DNA of 63,719 nt, counting the filler, from Octopus bimaculoides (lineage: Eukaryota): NCBI RefSeq assembly GCF_001194135.2. It is 6 parts of 6 records of this genome, joined end to end, with 100 filler letters (N's around TTAATTAATTAA, not from the genome) between each part and the next. Parts side by side here need not be neighbours in the genome. Positions count along the whole stretch, not along the records: positions 1 to 21,612 come from NC_068981.1; positions 21,713 to 35,099 come from NC_069008.1; 4 more parts are not named here. One strand, written 5' to 3'. This document shows, piece by piece, positions 10,096-23,198 of the stretch (position 1 is the first letter of the stretch; every line of letters starts with the position of its first letter). The translations under genes and the position numbers were made by a program. The notes beneath the pieces were generated by a model that was not told the DNA's origin, searched no databases, and was given only the letters and a program-made list of their open reading frames with translations.

Positions 10096-11161
10096 AGAAT
10101 TAAAAAATATATATATATATATGTATTCCTTCTTTACAATGTATGTATAATTATTTTACGTCTGTCTCGCTGATAGCTTGCTATGTGTCAGCTGATGCAA
10201 AAAATATTTCGACGAAGAGAAACCGATTCCATTCTGTGTTAACTCGGAGCTGACACGTGTGTCCAAGAATTTCTCTCATATCTTTTGCAGCGACGCGTTT
10301 AAAATTGTTGTCCCTGATCACATGTCAGTTTAGGACTGGTAAATTTTTATAATTGATCCAACATAATGAGCTGAAGTTACTTAGTTTGCGAAATGAATTG
10401 GAAATATGTGAGAAATGCTTGAACAACAAAATAGAAAACAGTAAACGAACGATCAATACGTAACTTAGGCTTTTGGTGGGGCAGAGGAAGGAAAGAATGA
10501 GAGATTAAAGATTGGCTCTCCGTCGCTTGCGACGATGAACGTTCCAGTTGACACGATCAACCGAATAGCCTACTCGTGAAACTATAATGGGCAGGTGGCT
10601 GAGCACTCCACAGAAACGCGTATCCATAACGTAGTTTTCAGGAAGAGTCAGCGTGACGTAGAATGTGACCGCGTCGGACAAAATGCTTAGCGGTATTTCT
10701 TCCGGTTCATGCTGGGGCACCGCTTTGAATGTTTAGTTGATTTTTTTCCATCGCCTAGTACTCACTTTATCGGGCTTTTAGCGGACCGCTAAGTTACGGG
10801 GAGATAAACACACCAACAGTGATTGTCAAACGGTAGTGCTGGGGGTGGGGACAAACTCAGACACAAAGACACACACAAAGACATACATACATACGACGGG
10901 CTTCTTTCAGTTTCCATCTACCAAATCCTTGCCCAAGTTGCCATGCAGTGGGATTGAACCCGGAACCATGTGGTTGGGAAGCAAGCTTCTTACCACACAG
11001 CTATACCTGTGCTTATTGGAAAGAAAAAAAAGGAAAAGAAACATCAAAAGCCGGATTAACGAAAGCCTTTGGATTCCGTTGGAAATGTGACAAAAGATGT
11101 GAAGTTTGACCAGATATGGGTGATATATACACATACATATATAAATATGATATATATATAC

Positions 11162-11206
<45 letters not shown>

Positions 11207-11291
11207 TGTGTGTGTGTGTGTGTGTATACACACACAACATAGAAGAACAGAATGAGATAAGTGGAGTAAGAACACACACGAAGACGAAAAG

Positions 11292-11336
11292 TGTCGCTAA
11301 AGAGGTCACAGGTGTGTGACGAACGATTTCCAGACA
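11292..11336 (+). ncRNA. Degenerate hammerhead (same family as 47371-47410)
   Basis: CTAAAGA-G-GTCACA-GGTG-TGTGAC-GAAC: stem II is intact but both core boxes are mutated. Confidence 0.45.
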
Positions 11337-12451
11337 ATGGACATGAGTGAGAATAAGAACAGTAATAAACGAGTGAAGAACGACTATATAGTGTGTGTGT
11401 TTATTTGGCAAAAAACCCAAAAAAAACGACCGTCCCGAAATATAATATCTATTTCAACACACGATTTCACATCAGGAATTTTGCGACACAAAATCCATAA
11501 ACATGTATATATATGTATATATATATATATATATATANNNNNNNNNNNNNNNNNNNNNNNNNNNNNNNNNNNNNNNNNNNNNNNNNNNNNNNNNNNNNNN
11601 NNNNNNNNNNNNNNNNNNNNNNNNNNNNNNNNNNNNNNNNNNNNNNNNNNNNNNNNNNNNNNNNNNNNNNNNNNNNNNNNNNNNNNNNNNNNNNNNNNNN
11701 NNNNNNNNNNNNNNNNNNNNNNNNNNNNNNNNNNNNNNNNNNNNNNNNNNNNNNNNNNNNNNNNNNNNNNNNNNNNNNNNNNNNNNNNNNNNNNNNNNNN
11801 NNNNNNNNNNNNNNNNNNNNNNNNNNNNNNNNNNNNNNNNNNNNNNNNNNNNNNNNNNNNNNNNNNNNNNNNNNNNNNNNNNNNNNNNNNNNNNNNNNNN
11901 NNNNNNNNNNNNNNNNNNNNNNNNNNNNNNNNNNNNNNNNNNNNNNNNNNNNNNNNNNNNNNNNNNNNNNNNNNNNNNNNNNNNNNNNNNNNNNNNNNNN
12001 NNNNNNNNNNNNNNNNNNNNNNNNNNNNNNNNNNNNNNNNNNNNNNNNNNNNNNNNNNNNNNNNNNNNNNNNNNNNNNNNNNNNNNNNNNNNNNNNNNNN
12101 NNNNNNNNNNNNNNNNNNNNNNNNNNNNNNNNNNNNNNNNNNNNNNNNNNNNNNNNNNNNNNNNNNNNNNNNNNNNNNNNNNNNNNNNNNNNNNNNNNNN
12201 NNNNNNNNNNNNNNNNNNNNNNNNNNNNNNNNNNNNNNNNNNNNNNNNNNNNNNNNNNNNNNNNNNNNNNNNNNNNNNNNNNNNNNNNNNNNNNNNNNNN
12301 NNNNNNNNNNNNNNNNNNNNNNNNNNNNNNNNNNNNNNNNNNNNNNNNNNNNNNNNNNNNNNNNNNNNNNNNNNNNNNNNNNNNNNNNNNNNNNNNNNNN
12401 NNNNNNNNNNNNNNNNNNNNNNNNNNNNNNNNNNNNNNNNNNNNNNNNNNN

Positions 12452-12499
<48 letters not shown>

Positions 12500-13728
12500 G
12501 CATGTATGTATATATTACAGACACGTATGTGTGTATATTATGTGCGTACATGTTACAGACATATATTTGTATATTATGTGTGTGTATACACACACACACA
12601 TATATATATATTTATATTTATATATACACATATATACATACATACACATAATATACAAACGTGTGTCGGTAATATATACATATTTATCTATATGAATATA
12701 TACATGCATATATATATCTTCACACGAACATGCACATACACACATATATATATACACATCTATCTATATATATGCGTAAGTGCATGTATCCGTACATACA
12801 CATATATACACGCATATACATACAGTATATAATAAGGTATGAAACAAATAGTGATACAAAATCATTTTGTAGCCGTCCATGTCGTTGCTGCTGTTGTTGT
12901 TGTCGTTGTTGCTGTTGTTGTAGTTGGTGGTGTTGGGTGTGGGGGGTAGGGGGGGTGATGCTGTTAATGTTGACGTTCCCACCAAAACGTGTAGCCTCAT
13001 TAACGGTGCTGCTGTCCAGGCGATGACAGGTGCTGCCACAGGAATACATTCGTATCAGACACAGAGTCTGTAGACAATTGTTACTGGAATTTACTTCCCG
13101 CATATCCCACCCCTAACACCACCCCTATAACGACTCAACCACGCCGCCACACAAACCACAGCTTTACTACATTGCAACACCACTAGACCAATGTGAAAAC
13201 CTTTACGTGATTTCCCCTTGTTAGAAACAGCAGCCTAATCCCTCTTAAATTCTACCCCTACCGTCACAAAACGGTGTGGAGCGGTGTATTAAACAAGAAA
13301 AGACGAGAGTGTCATGACTGGAACGTCTTTCATCGTAGTTTTTTTCGATCAGTGTTGACTTTTGCATTAAACAATAAGATTAAAAGCTATTAATTCTCTC
13401 ACAAATTACAGCCAGCCCTACAGTCGTAAAACCATAAACAGTACATTGGACAAAATATGGAATGGCCACGGCTGGATTGTTTATAATCATAGTTCTCCTC
13501 GATTGGTACTTGACTTTGGGCTAAACAGGATAAGCTCCCTACTTTTTCTTAAATTACTGCTCTACAGTCGTAAAAACTGTAAGACAGCATTGGTCAAAAT
13601 GGAATGGTCACGACTGGAACGTCTTCAGTCATAATTGTCTTTGGGCAAAACAATAACAGGAAGAAGTACTGCCATAAGATTTTTCTTGAATGAAGCGCCT
13701 AGTCATACAGCTATAGTTATCTGTATAA

Positions 13729-13941
13729 TCTTTTCTACTCTAGGCACAAGGCCCGAAATTTTGGGGGAGGGGGCCAGTCGATTAGATCGACTCCAGTATG
13801 CAACTTGTACTTAATTTATCGACTCCGAAAGGATGAAAGGCAAAGTCGACCTCGGCGGAATTTGAACTCAGAGCATATAGACAGACGAAATACCTCTGAG
13901 TATTTCGCCCGGCGTGCTAACGTTTCTGCCAGTTCGTCGCC
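13729..13941 (-). mobile_element. tRNA-derived SINE (family C), full length
   Basis: Minus strand GGCGACGAACTGGCAGAAACGTTAGCACGCCGGGCG...GAGTTCAAATTCCGCCGAGGTCGAC... Further copies at about 19193-19394, 42050-42246, 43164-43400 and 43426-43638. Confidence 0.8.
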
Positions 13942-13959
13942 TTCAAGTATTTGTGCAAT

Positions 13960-14600
13960 ACTATCGTCTGATGATAACAAAATTACGAAATGGTTTCATG
14001 CTAGACCGGGAGAGGTAAATCCAGCAATGGTCCGAAATAACTGAATGAAACGGTATGGCCTGGATTCCTTTCCACTGGAGGTCTGAAAGCCTCACATTTA
14101 GTTTATAGGCCTCAGAGATGCTGGGGAAAAAGAGATGAAATTCATAGATACACATTTTAAATCTAAGAGGAGCAAGGCTGGCTCAATTTTTTCAACCCAA
14201 TTATTTTTTCCCTGTCTTCACGAGCGCAGGTATAATTGTAGCTCACAGGTTGACTGCGCAATAATTATAAGGGTGAGCTCCTGCCCAATGGTGTTTCCTT
14301 CCCACAATTCAGAAGTTTCCCCCACACACAAACAGTATACAAGACTATACAAATTGCATGACATGATTACAGATTTGAAATTAACCCCCACCCTCCCCAT
14401 CACCACTCCACAACCCATCTATAAAACTCTAACCCCCACCTCCATCATACAGTAAGATATAAACACTGAAGTTGACTTTTTAGGCACCGGCTAAGAGGGG
14501 CCAGTCCCGGCGACAAAACTCCGACGGGCTCAGAGAGCCAAACGTCTTTCACTTTTGTGTTTGGTGTATGAGTTTTCATCTATGAACTCCGTTCCGTTTT
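13960..14600 (+). mobile_element. Degenerate Penelope-like remnant with two decayed hammerhead motifs
   Basis: C-rich tail at about 14380-14450. Hammerhead-like CTGATGA..GAAA at 13968-13990 and CCGACG-GGCTC-AGA-GAGCC-AAA-CGTC at 14521-14546. Confidence 0.35.
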
Positions 14601-14799
14601 TTCCTGCTACTTTCCTAAGACTCATTAACCGGGATTGACACTTTCCAGCTGGCGGTACGGGCCATACCGTTCTACTAAGTCATTTCTGACGATTGCTGGA
14701 TTTACCTCTCCATATCTGACATGAACCATTTGGTAATTTGGTTACCATGCGAATAGGATATTATATAGATAAGACATGCATACAAACACACAGACACAC

Positions 14800-15345
14800 A
14801 CACGTATAAACATATACATACAGAATGGTACAAGAACGCAAAAACATCCAGACAGGTGATACAAGAAAGGGACAAAACATACAGAAAGACGATACAAAGA
14901 AAACACGGACCTGTCATTCGGAGTTTTCTCTCTTCAGTCGAGATCCAGATTATCGTTGCAATTTCGGCTAGTTATTCTCGATATTGCTCCAATCTGGCCA
15001 GCCCCAAGGAGAAACTAAGCTAAGAGCATTAGATTCCTTGGAAGAAAGCAGCGAATGTATACAAAAACAAGGACGGAAAAAAAAACGAACAATGTTACAC
15101 AAATACAGTAGGAATAATAACAGGACATAACAACAGACGTCTTTCGACTAAGGACGAATAAAATTAAGCTGGTGTAGATGGAAATAAGGCCTTACAGCCG
15201 GGATACAAGATTTCACAGGCACAGGAAGAAATAACGATGTTGCATGCACAACGGCCGCCTAAAAAAAGAAAGGTCAGACTTGGCCGAACACCGGTCACGT
15301 GGGAAGAGACGAGAGAGAGGTAGAGGCAGAGAGACAAAAGAATTA
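14800..15345. repeat. Dispersed ~500-bp repeat, second copy at about 49595-50075
   Basis: Shared CTCCAATCTGGCCAGCCC...ACTAAGCTAAGAGCATTAGATTCCTTGGAAGAAAGCAGCGAATGTATA and CACCGGTCACGTGGG. Confidence 0.8.
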
Positions 15346-15834
15346 GAGAGGGGCGAGAAAAAATGATCGGGACACAGTGGTATAAGTTACGGTATCAAAT
15401 GGATTTTATGCTTAAGTCTGAAGGTCAACGTTCGATTGCGTCAGAATAATACCTCAGAAATCTATACTTGCATATATTATACAATATAGCAATACTTTAG
15501 AGATCGAATATCGATAAAACAATCATAAATTTATGTAATATAATAATTTGCTCACTACATCCTCCTTGCGAATAATTACATGGACTCTAAATATTTTTAT
15601 GAATTTTCAAAAGTATAATCTGTAAAAGCTTAGGTCTCTGATATAAAGACATATCTAATAGCCTGAATCTGTTGATGAACCTAATAGAGTAAACGCCAGG
15701 ATTAACACCCAAATGAAATTGCTGAACACACGCACAGATACACACGCACAGATACACACGCACAGATACACACGCACAGATACACACGCATGTATTTATG
15801 TATGTATGTATGTATGTATGTATGTATGTATAGG

Positions 15835-15985
15835 CGCAGGCGTGGCTGTGTCTTTAGAAGTTTGCTTACTAACCACATGGTTCTGGGTTCAGTCCCACTG
15901 TGTGGTACCTTGAGCAAGTGTCTTCTACTACTATAGCCTCGGGCCCACCAAAGCCTTGTGAGTGGATTTGGTAGACGGAAACTGC
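15835..15985 (+). mobile_element. SINE family A, 5' half
   Basis: GGCGCAGGCGTGGCTGTG...GGGTTCAGTCCCACTG...GTGAGTGGATTTGGTAGACGGAAACTG. Confidence 0.75.
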
Positions 15986-16977
15986 AGAGAATTCTCTGAT
16001 ACTTTATAAATGAAAGACTCCAATTTCCTGTATTCCGATCGATAACCTGATTGTTTCATTGATATCAGATCTCAAGAGTTTATGTATGTATGTATGTATG
16101 TAAATGTGTATGTATGTATATATGTATGTATATATATANNNNNNNNNNNNNNNNNNNNNNNNNNNNNNNNNNNNNNNNNNNNNNNNNNNNNNNNNNNNNN
16201 NNNNNNNNNNNNNNNNNNNNNNNNNNNNNNNNNNNNNNNNNNNNNNNNNNNNNNNNNNNNNNNNNNNNNNNNNNNNNNNNNNNNNNNNNNNNNNNNNNNN
16301 NNNNNNNNNNNNNNNNNNNNNNNNNNNNNNNNNNNNNNNNNNNNNNNNNNNNNNNNNNNNNNNNNNNNNNNNNNNNNNNNNNNNNNNNNNNNNNNNNNNN
16401 NNNNNNNNNNNNNNNNNNNNNNNNNNNNNNNNNNNNNNNNNNNNNNNNNNNNNNNNNNNNNNNNNNNNNNNNNNNNNNNNNNNNNNNNNNNNNNNNNNNN
16501 NNNNNNNNNNNNNNNNNNNNNNNNNNNNNNNNNNNNNNNNNNNNNNNNNNNNNNNNNNNNNNNNNNNNNNNNNNNNNNNNNNNNNNNNNNNNNNNNNNNN
16601 NNNNNNNNNNNNNNNNNNNNNNNNNNNNNNNNNNNNNNNNNNNNNNNNNNNNNNNNNNNNNNNNNNNNNNNNNNNNNNNNNNNNNNNNNNNNNNNNNNNN
16701 NNNNNNNNNNNNNNNNNNNNNNNNNNNNNNNNNNNNNNNNNNNNNNNNNNNNNNNNNNNNNNNNNNNNNNNNNNNNNNNNNNNNNNNNNNNNNNNNNNNN
16801 NNNNNNNNNNNNNNNNNNNNNNNNNNNNGAAGAGATCTTAGGCCAACAGGACAGTGAAAACAAACAAGAAGAGCTGCTGAGCCTAAATGAGGTTGTGGTG
16901 GCGAACGCGTAAATCAAGCTTGGACAGGAGACAAACAAGAACACGTCTTCCTTGTTCCAGCTTCATACATACATACA

Positions 16978-17009
<32 letters not shown>

Positions 17010-17184
17010 AGCGCACTTGCAAAATGGTGCCGTCAATATCAGACGATCGGGTATAGAAAACCTTTTTAAAAAGGGCTTTTTCAACGTTTTTCTCCTACAA
17101 TTGCGCCAATTCCGCTAACCTAAATCAGTAACTGAATTTTTCCTTCTGTACCGTATTTCAGATTTGTACGATCATACGTTTTAA

Positions 17185-17360
17185 TAGGTATGTATGTGTG
17201 TATGTATGTATGTATGTATGTATGTATGTATGTATGTACGTACGTATGTATGTATGTATGTATGTATGTATGTATGTACGTATGCACGTACGTATGTATG
17301 TATGTATGTATGTATGCATGTATGTATGTATGCATGTATGTATGTATGCATGTATGTGTA
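17185..17360. repeat. (TATG)n microsatellite with TACG/TGCA interruptions
   Basis: Directly visible. Confidence 0.95.
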
Positions 17361-17475
17361 TCTTTCATCCTTTCGGGCTATTCATTTCTATATAATGGAA
17401 AACAGATTTGTCTTTGTTAACTAATCCGAGAGCTTCCACCCTTAATTGGGTTAATACAGACAGAGAGACAGAAAG

Positions 17476-17506
<31 letters not shown>

Positions 17507-17715
17507 CAACAACAACAACAACAACAACAACGTCCATTGTATAAGGAGCTCTACACCAACAAAAATTGTGGTTAAGAAGTCCGCTTCACAATCGTACGGT
17601 TTCAGGTTCAGTCCCACTGCACAGCATCTTTTACTATTGCCCCGAGCCGACAAATGCCTTGTGAGTGGATTTCGTAGACGGAAATTGAACGGATCCCGTC
17701 GTATGAGTGTGTGTG

Positions 17716-17797
<82 letters not shown>

Positions 17798-17802
17798 GAG
17801 AG

Positions 17803-17879
<77 letters not shown>

Positions 17880-18080
17880 TATGGGGGTTTAGTTTACAGG
17901 TGATCTAAACGATTAGGTACGTTACCTAACGGATTACTAGGGTTTTCTACAAGATCGGAAAGTTGAACAGTGAACTTTGATGCTTCTTTTTTCTTCCCTT
18001 TCTTCATCTCCCTATTCCTTTACCTCTGTCCTCTACGTCGTCATTTCATTAACCTATACGCTTCTCATTTTCCCTCTTTA

Positions 18081-18137
18081 TCTCCGATGACGGTATATCC
18101 CACCATATTCTGGGATATCCCAGAAACAGCTGTAAGA
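18081..18137 (+). ncRNA. Type I hammerhead with U4>C change (family shared with 51026-51081)
   Basis: TCT-CCGATGA-C-10/11-bp stem II-A-GAAA-palindromic ACAGCTGT-A17-AGA. Confidence 0.55.
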
Positions 18138-18230
18138 CTGAATTTTTTTCCAATAATAATATTGTATTTGACATGAGATGTTCACATTGCCTTAACGTTT
18201 GTTGTCCTCTTTAACAATTATATATGTATG

Positions 18231-18261
<31 letters not shown>

Positions 18262-19530
18262 NNNNNNNNNNNNNNNNNNNNNNNNNNNNNNNNNNNNNNN
18301 NNNNNNNNNNNNNNNNNNNNNNNNNNNNNNNNNNNNNNNNNNNNNNNNNNNNNNNNNNNNNNNNNNNNNNNNNNNNNNNNNNNNNNNNNNNNNNNNNNNN
18401 NNNNNNNNNNNNNNNNNNNNNNNNNNNNNNNNNNNNNNNNNNNNNNNNNNNNNNNNNNNNNNNNNNNNNNNNNNNNNNNNNNNNNNNNNNNNNNNNNNNN
18501 NNNNNNNNNNNNNNNNNNNNNNNNNNNNNNNNNNNNNNNNNNNNNNNNNNNNNNNNNNNNNNNNNNNNNNNNNNNNNNNNNNNNNNNNNNNNNNNNNNNN
18601 NNNNNNNNNNNNNNNNNNNNNNNNNNNNNNNNNNNNNNNNNNNNNNNNNNNNNNNNNNNNNNNNNNNNNNNNNNNNNNNNNNNNNNNNNNNNNNNNNNNN
18701 NNNNNNNNNNNNNNNNNNNNNNNNNNNNNNNNNNNNNNNNNNNNNNNNNNNNNNNNNNNNNNNNNNNNNNNNNNNNNNNNNNNNNNNNNNNNNNNNNNNN
18801 NNNNNNNNNNNNNNNNNNNNNNNNNNNNNNNNNNNNNNNNNNNNNNNNNNNNNNNNNNNNNNNNNNNNNNNNNNNNNNNNNNNNNNNNNNNNNNNNNNNN
18901 NNNNNNNNNNNNNNNNNNNNNNNNNNNNNNNNNNNNNNNNNNNNNNNNNNNNNNNNNNNNNNNNNNNNNNNNNNNNNNNNNNNNNNNNNNNNNNNNNNNN
19001 NNNNNNNNNNNNNNNNNNNNNNNNNNNNNNNNNNNNNNNNNNNNNNNNNNNNNNNNNNNNNNNNNNNNNNNNNNNNNNNNNNNNNNNNNNNNAATGACAA
19101 CAGCGAAAACAATAATAACGAAAGCAATAACGACATCAAATCCAATCATTTCATTCGGAAGGATAAGACTAGGAAGGACCCCAGGAAGATATTCTTTTCT
19201 ACTCCGAAATTTTGGCGGGGAGGGGGCTACTCGATAAGATCGACCCTAGTATGAAACTGGTACTTAATTTATCGACTCCGAAAGGATGAAAGGCAAAGTC
19301 GACCTCGGCGGAATTTGAACTCAGAACGTAAAGACAGACGAAATACCGCTAAGCATTTCGCCTGGCGCGCTAACGTTTCTCTCCGCTCGCCACCTTGATT
19401 TCAGGAAGATATTGTGCCAGACATATGAAGGACTCATAAGGAAAGATGGCATCTCGTTAATAAAAAAAGGAAACCGAAAAAGACAGGATCTTAATTTTGC
19501 TTTTGACAAAACACTCACATATAAATGTAT

Positions 19531-19592
<62 letters not shown>

Positions 19593-20948
19593 CTTTTACT
19601 TGTTTCAGTCATTACTCTACGGCCATACTGGAGCATCGCCTTGAAGAATTTTTAGCTGAATGAATCAACCCTAATACTTGTCTTTTTTTTAAGCCTAGCA
19701 TTTATTCTATCGGTCACTTGTGCCGAACTGCTCTCTCTCTCTCTCTGTCTCTTTCTCTTCTTCTTCTCTCTCTCTCTCTCTCTAGTCCCGTCAATCTCCA
19801 TAGGTCCTACAGGTGTCCACAGCGATAGTAAAGCTAGACTCCTCTGCATTTACTGTTGGTAGTGTTTCCTTTTCTCTTTTTTACGATTTTATGTTCAGCA
19901 TCGAGATGAGAAAGTCACTATGCATTCTATAGTCTTTGTGTGAAAAATCCTAAATGTTAAATTTTATTTTAATTTGAATCCACCTGAAGAGAGCTGGGTT
20001 TTTTTTTTACATGATGTAACTGACTTGTTCATCAATAAAAACACATCTGAAACAATTGTAGTGAGCCTCAGCCCATTTGTGTAATTATTTATACTACACC
20101 ACACTCGGAACCTTCCCTTCGTTTGGATCTTGAGCCTAAAGGGGACCATGGACTGCATGCCGGCGTATACTCTTGTGATTTTACATATACATCGAATGCA
20201 TTTGATCTATGTTTGTAGATGTATGCGTAACTGGAACGACACATCCGATTATGCTCCAGTAAGTACGTGAGTGTCCTTACACAGTGTTGGTGCGGCTGTC
20301 AATTCATTACAGTTGTTTTAAGCGACTCCTTTAATTGATTAATGAAAACGTTGCATCATTTGAAAGAAGCCGTTCTCGTCAGATGACCGCTTAGATTTCA
20401 AACATATAGGATACAACCATTCCCTTACCATGTTCACAATGATAATGGAACTCAAATTATTTACATTGTTTCTTTTGTCATATATGTGGCAGAATGAGTT
20501 TAGAAAATAATACATTCCTTGTTAAGTGTACCAATATATATANNNNNNNNNNNNNNNNNNNNNNNNNNNNNNNNNNNNNNNNNNNNNNNNNNNNNNNNNN
20601 NNNNNNNNNNNNNNNNNNNNNNNNNNNNNNNNNNNNNNNNNNNNNNNNNNNNNNNNNNNNNNNNNNNNNNNNNNNNNNNNNNNNNNNNNNNNNNNNNNNN
20701 NNNNNNNNNNNNNNNNNNNNNNNNNNNNNNNNNNNNNNNNNNNNNNNNNNNNNNNNNNNNNNNNNNNNNNNNNNNNNNNNNNNNNNNNNNNNNNNNNNNN
20801 NNNNNNNNNNNNNNNNNNNNNNNNNNNNNNNNNNNNNNNNNNNNNNNNNNNNNNNNNNNNNNNNNNNNNNNNNNNNNNNNNNNNNNNNNNNNNNNNNNNN
20901 NNNNNNNNNNNNNNNNNNNNNNNNNNNNNNNNNNNNNNNNNNNNNNNN

Positions 20949-20989
<41 letters not shown>

Positions 20990-21310
20990 GCAATAATAAT
21001 GGGACTCCGAGGAGATGGAGTATCCTATATATTATATTTTATAATATTTTATAATATGTATTAATCATTCTGGATGTTCCATCGAAATGAACATAGGTCA
21101 ATTTCATTATTATTGTTATTATTATTATTATAATAAAGTATTTTCAACGGATCAGTTTTGAGCTCTATTTAAAGTTGACATATATATTTATATAAGGGCA
21201 TTACTACAGAATAATGCCACACACTGGACACCCCAAATAAACACATTTAGTACTAAATGCGAGGAAAGCAACCAACAGAAGAAAACCAACTTTCTTTTAA
21301 TATATATATA

Positions 21311-21612
21311 TCATCATCATCATCATCATCGTTTAACGTCCGCTTTCCATGCTAGCATGGGTTGGACGATTTGACTGAGGACTGGTGCAACCGGATGGCT
21401 ACACCAGGCTCCAATCTAATTTGGCAGAGTTTCTACAGCTGGATGCCCTTCCTAACGCCAACCACTCAGAGAGTGTAGTGGGTGCTTTTACGTGTCACCC
21501 GCACGAAAACGGCCACGCTCGAAATGGTGTCTTTTATGTGCCACCCGCACAAGAGCCAGTCCAGGGGCACTGGCAACGATCTCGCTCGAAAACCCTACAA
21601 GGCCAGTCAGGC
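21311..21612 (-). mobile_element. RTE-type LINE 3' end with (GAT)n tail
   Basis: Near-identical reverse complement of 29293-29582. Confidence 0.8.
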
Positions 21613-21656
21613 NNNNNNNNNNNNNNNNNNNNNNNNNNNNNNNNNNNNNNNNNNNN

Positions 21657-21668
21657 TTAATTAATTAA
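21657..21668. other. Assembly linker TTAATTAATTAA inside a 100-bp gap (also 35144-35155, 39770-39781, 46564-46575, 59000-59011)
   Basis: Each is 44 N + TTAATTAATTAA + 44 N; the 12-mer places stop codons in all six frames. Confidence 0.95.
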
Positions 21669-21829
21669 NNNNNNNNNNNNNNNNNNNNNNNNNNNNNNNN
21701 NNNNNNNNNNNNGTTGTTGGAATTCCAATGAAGGGGCCTTGGATCTAGGTTAGAAACCGGCTCTTTCCCAAATGACAAGAAATTTTGAAGTCAAACTGAA
21801 TAATTACATACAAAGTCCCCTCTCGACCC

Positions 21830-22115
21830 AAAATAACGTGGGGGCGGAACAATGTTTTTGACAGGGCTATTAGAGAAAAGAAATAGGCTTGGAAGGACTG
21901 GAAGACCGGTGGTAACAGGGAATTGTATCAGATTGCCAGAAGGGAAGCTAGGAGACAGGTTTACTTAGCCAGAGGGGAAGCAGATAAGAAAAAAATTGCC
22001 AATGTCCTGCGCCGTGAGGACCAAAGATTTGAGATATTTCGTTTTGCAAGACAGTGTGTGAGAGAGAATCGTGATGAAAAATGTGTCCACATGGATGATG
22101 GTTCACTTGCACATA
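21830..22115 (+). mobile_element. RTE-type LINE ORF2 internal fragment
   Basis: Translates as DRAIREKK*AWKDWKTGGNRELYQIARREARRQVYLARGEAD...REDQRFEIFRFARQCVRENRDEKCV, resembling the RTE inter-domain region before the RT. Confidence 0.65.
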
Positions 22116-22220
22116 TTTAACCGGTATTTTCTTTTACCCAAAGCCTAGAACTTTTCGGCATCCCCTTGTATAGATAGATAGATAGATGTGTGTGTATATA
22201 TAAATATATATGAAGAGAGT

Positions 22221-22591
22221 GGAGGCGCAATGGCCCAGTGGTTAGAGCAGCGGACTCGCGGTCATAGGATCGCGGTTTCGATTCCCAGACCGGGCGTTGT
22301 GAGTGTTTATTGAGCGAAAACACCTAAAGCTCCACGAGGCTCCGGCAGGGAATGGTGGCGAACCCTGCTGTACTCTTCCACCGTAACTTTCTCTCACTCT
22401 TACTTCCTGTTTCTGTTGTGCCTGTAATTCAAAGGGTCAGCCTTGTAACGCTGAATATCCCCGAGAACTACGTTAAAGGTACACGTGTCTGTGGAGTGCT
22501 CAGCCACTTGCACGTTAATTTCACGAGCAGGCCGTTCCGTTGATCGGATCAACTGAAACCCTCGACGTCGTAAGCGACAGAGTGACAACAA
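22221..22591 (+). mobile_element. tRNA-derived SINE (family F, head type 2), full length
   Basis: A box TGGCCCAGTGG, B-box-like GGTTTCGATTCCC. The 3' body is shared with 8011-8160 and 10510-10670. Confidence 0.75.
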
Positions 22592-22854
22592 GCAATCACA
22601 TCCCTTCTCCGTCTCCACTGCTTTCTATCATTTTGTCACACCCACAAGTCCGAGTTCACATGACGTCAACACTGCTTATCTCCTCTTTACCGGAAATGCA
22701 GGCTTTAATGTCTTCAATGGCCGTCTTCGATCAGACGCTTCGTCCAAATGAATCACTTCGTCTTATCTCTATGCCTTGTATATATAAATTTTACAGATCA
22801 GAAGCGAAGTAAGTTCCAATCGCAATTCTACGTGCCGATTTATTCAATTTGTTT

Positions 22855-22994
22855 ATTTATTGATCCCCGTTAATCTTCCCAGTTGTACATTGCAAGGGAC
22901 ACTACGATATAAAGTCTTATATATATTACGTTCACATTGTATATTGTGAAGTCTACTGTCGCTGCTAATATATACATATACATACATACATACA

Positions 22995-23026
<32 letters not shown>

Positions 23027-23075
23027 CATATATACATACATAAATACATACATACATACATATATACATACATAC

Positions 23076-23118
<43 letters not shown>

Positions 23119-23134
23119 NNNNNNNNNNNNATAT

Positions 23135-23198
<64 letters not shown>

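Noticed and set aside
11316-12832. Long ORFs (300-460 aa) here and at 16072-16944, 18192-19254, 33190-34245 and 54945-55883
   Set aside because: Open only because they run through N gaps and microsatellites (X, YI, CV runs).
14905-14945. Minus-strand CTGAAGA-GAG-AAAA-CTC-CGAAT (and CTGAGGA variant at about 49670-49700)
   Set aside because: Second box is GAAT or absent, and no NUH site or stem I could be formed; not called as a hammerhead.
21657-21668. TTAATTAATTAA islands inside gaps (five copies) resembling a conserved palindromic motif
   Set aside because: Always exactly 44 N + 12 nt + 44 N with stops in all six frames; an assembly linker, not biology.
22221-22290. tRNA-like heads of SINEs (also family A and C heads)
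   Set aside because: A/B boxes are present but there is no acceptor stem or valid anticodon arm; they continue into SINE bodies, so they are not tRNA genes.
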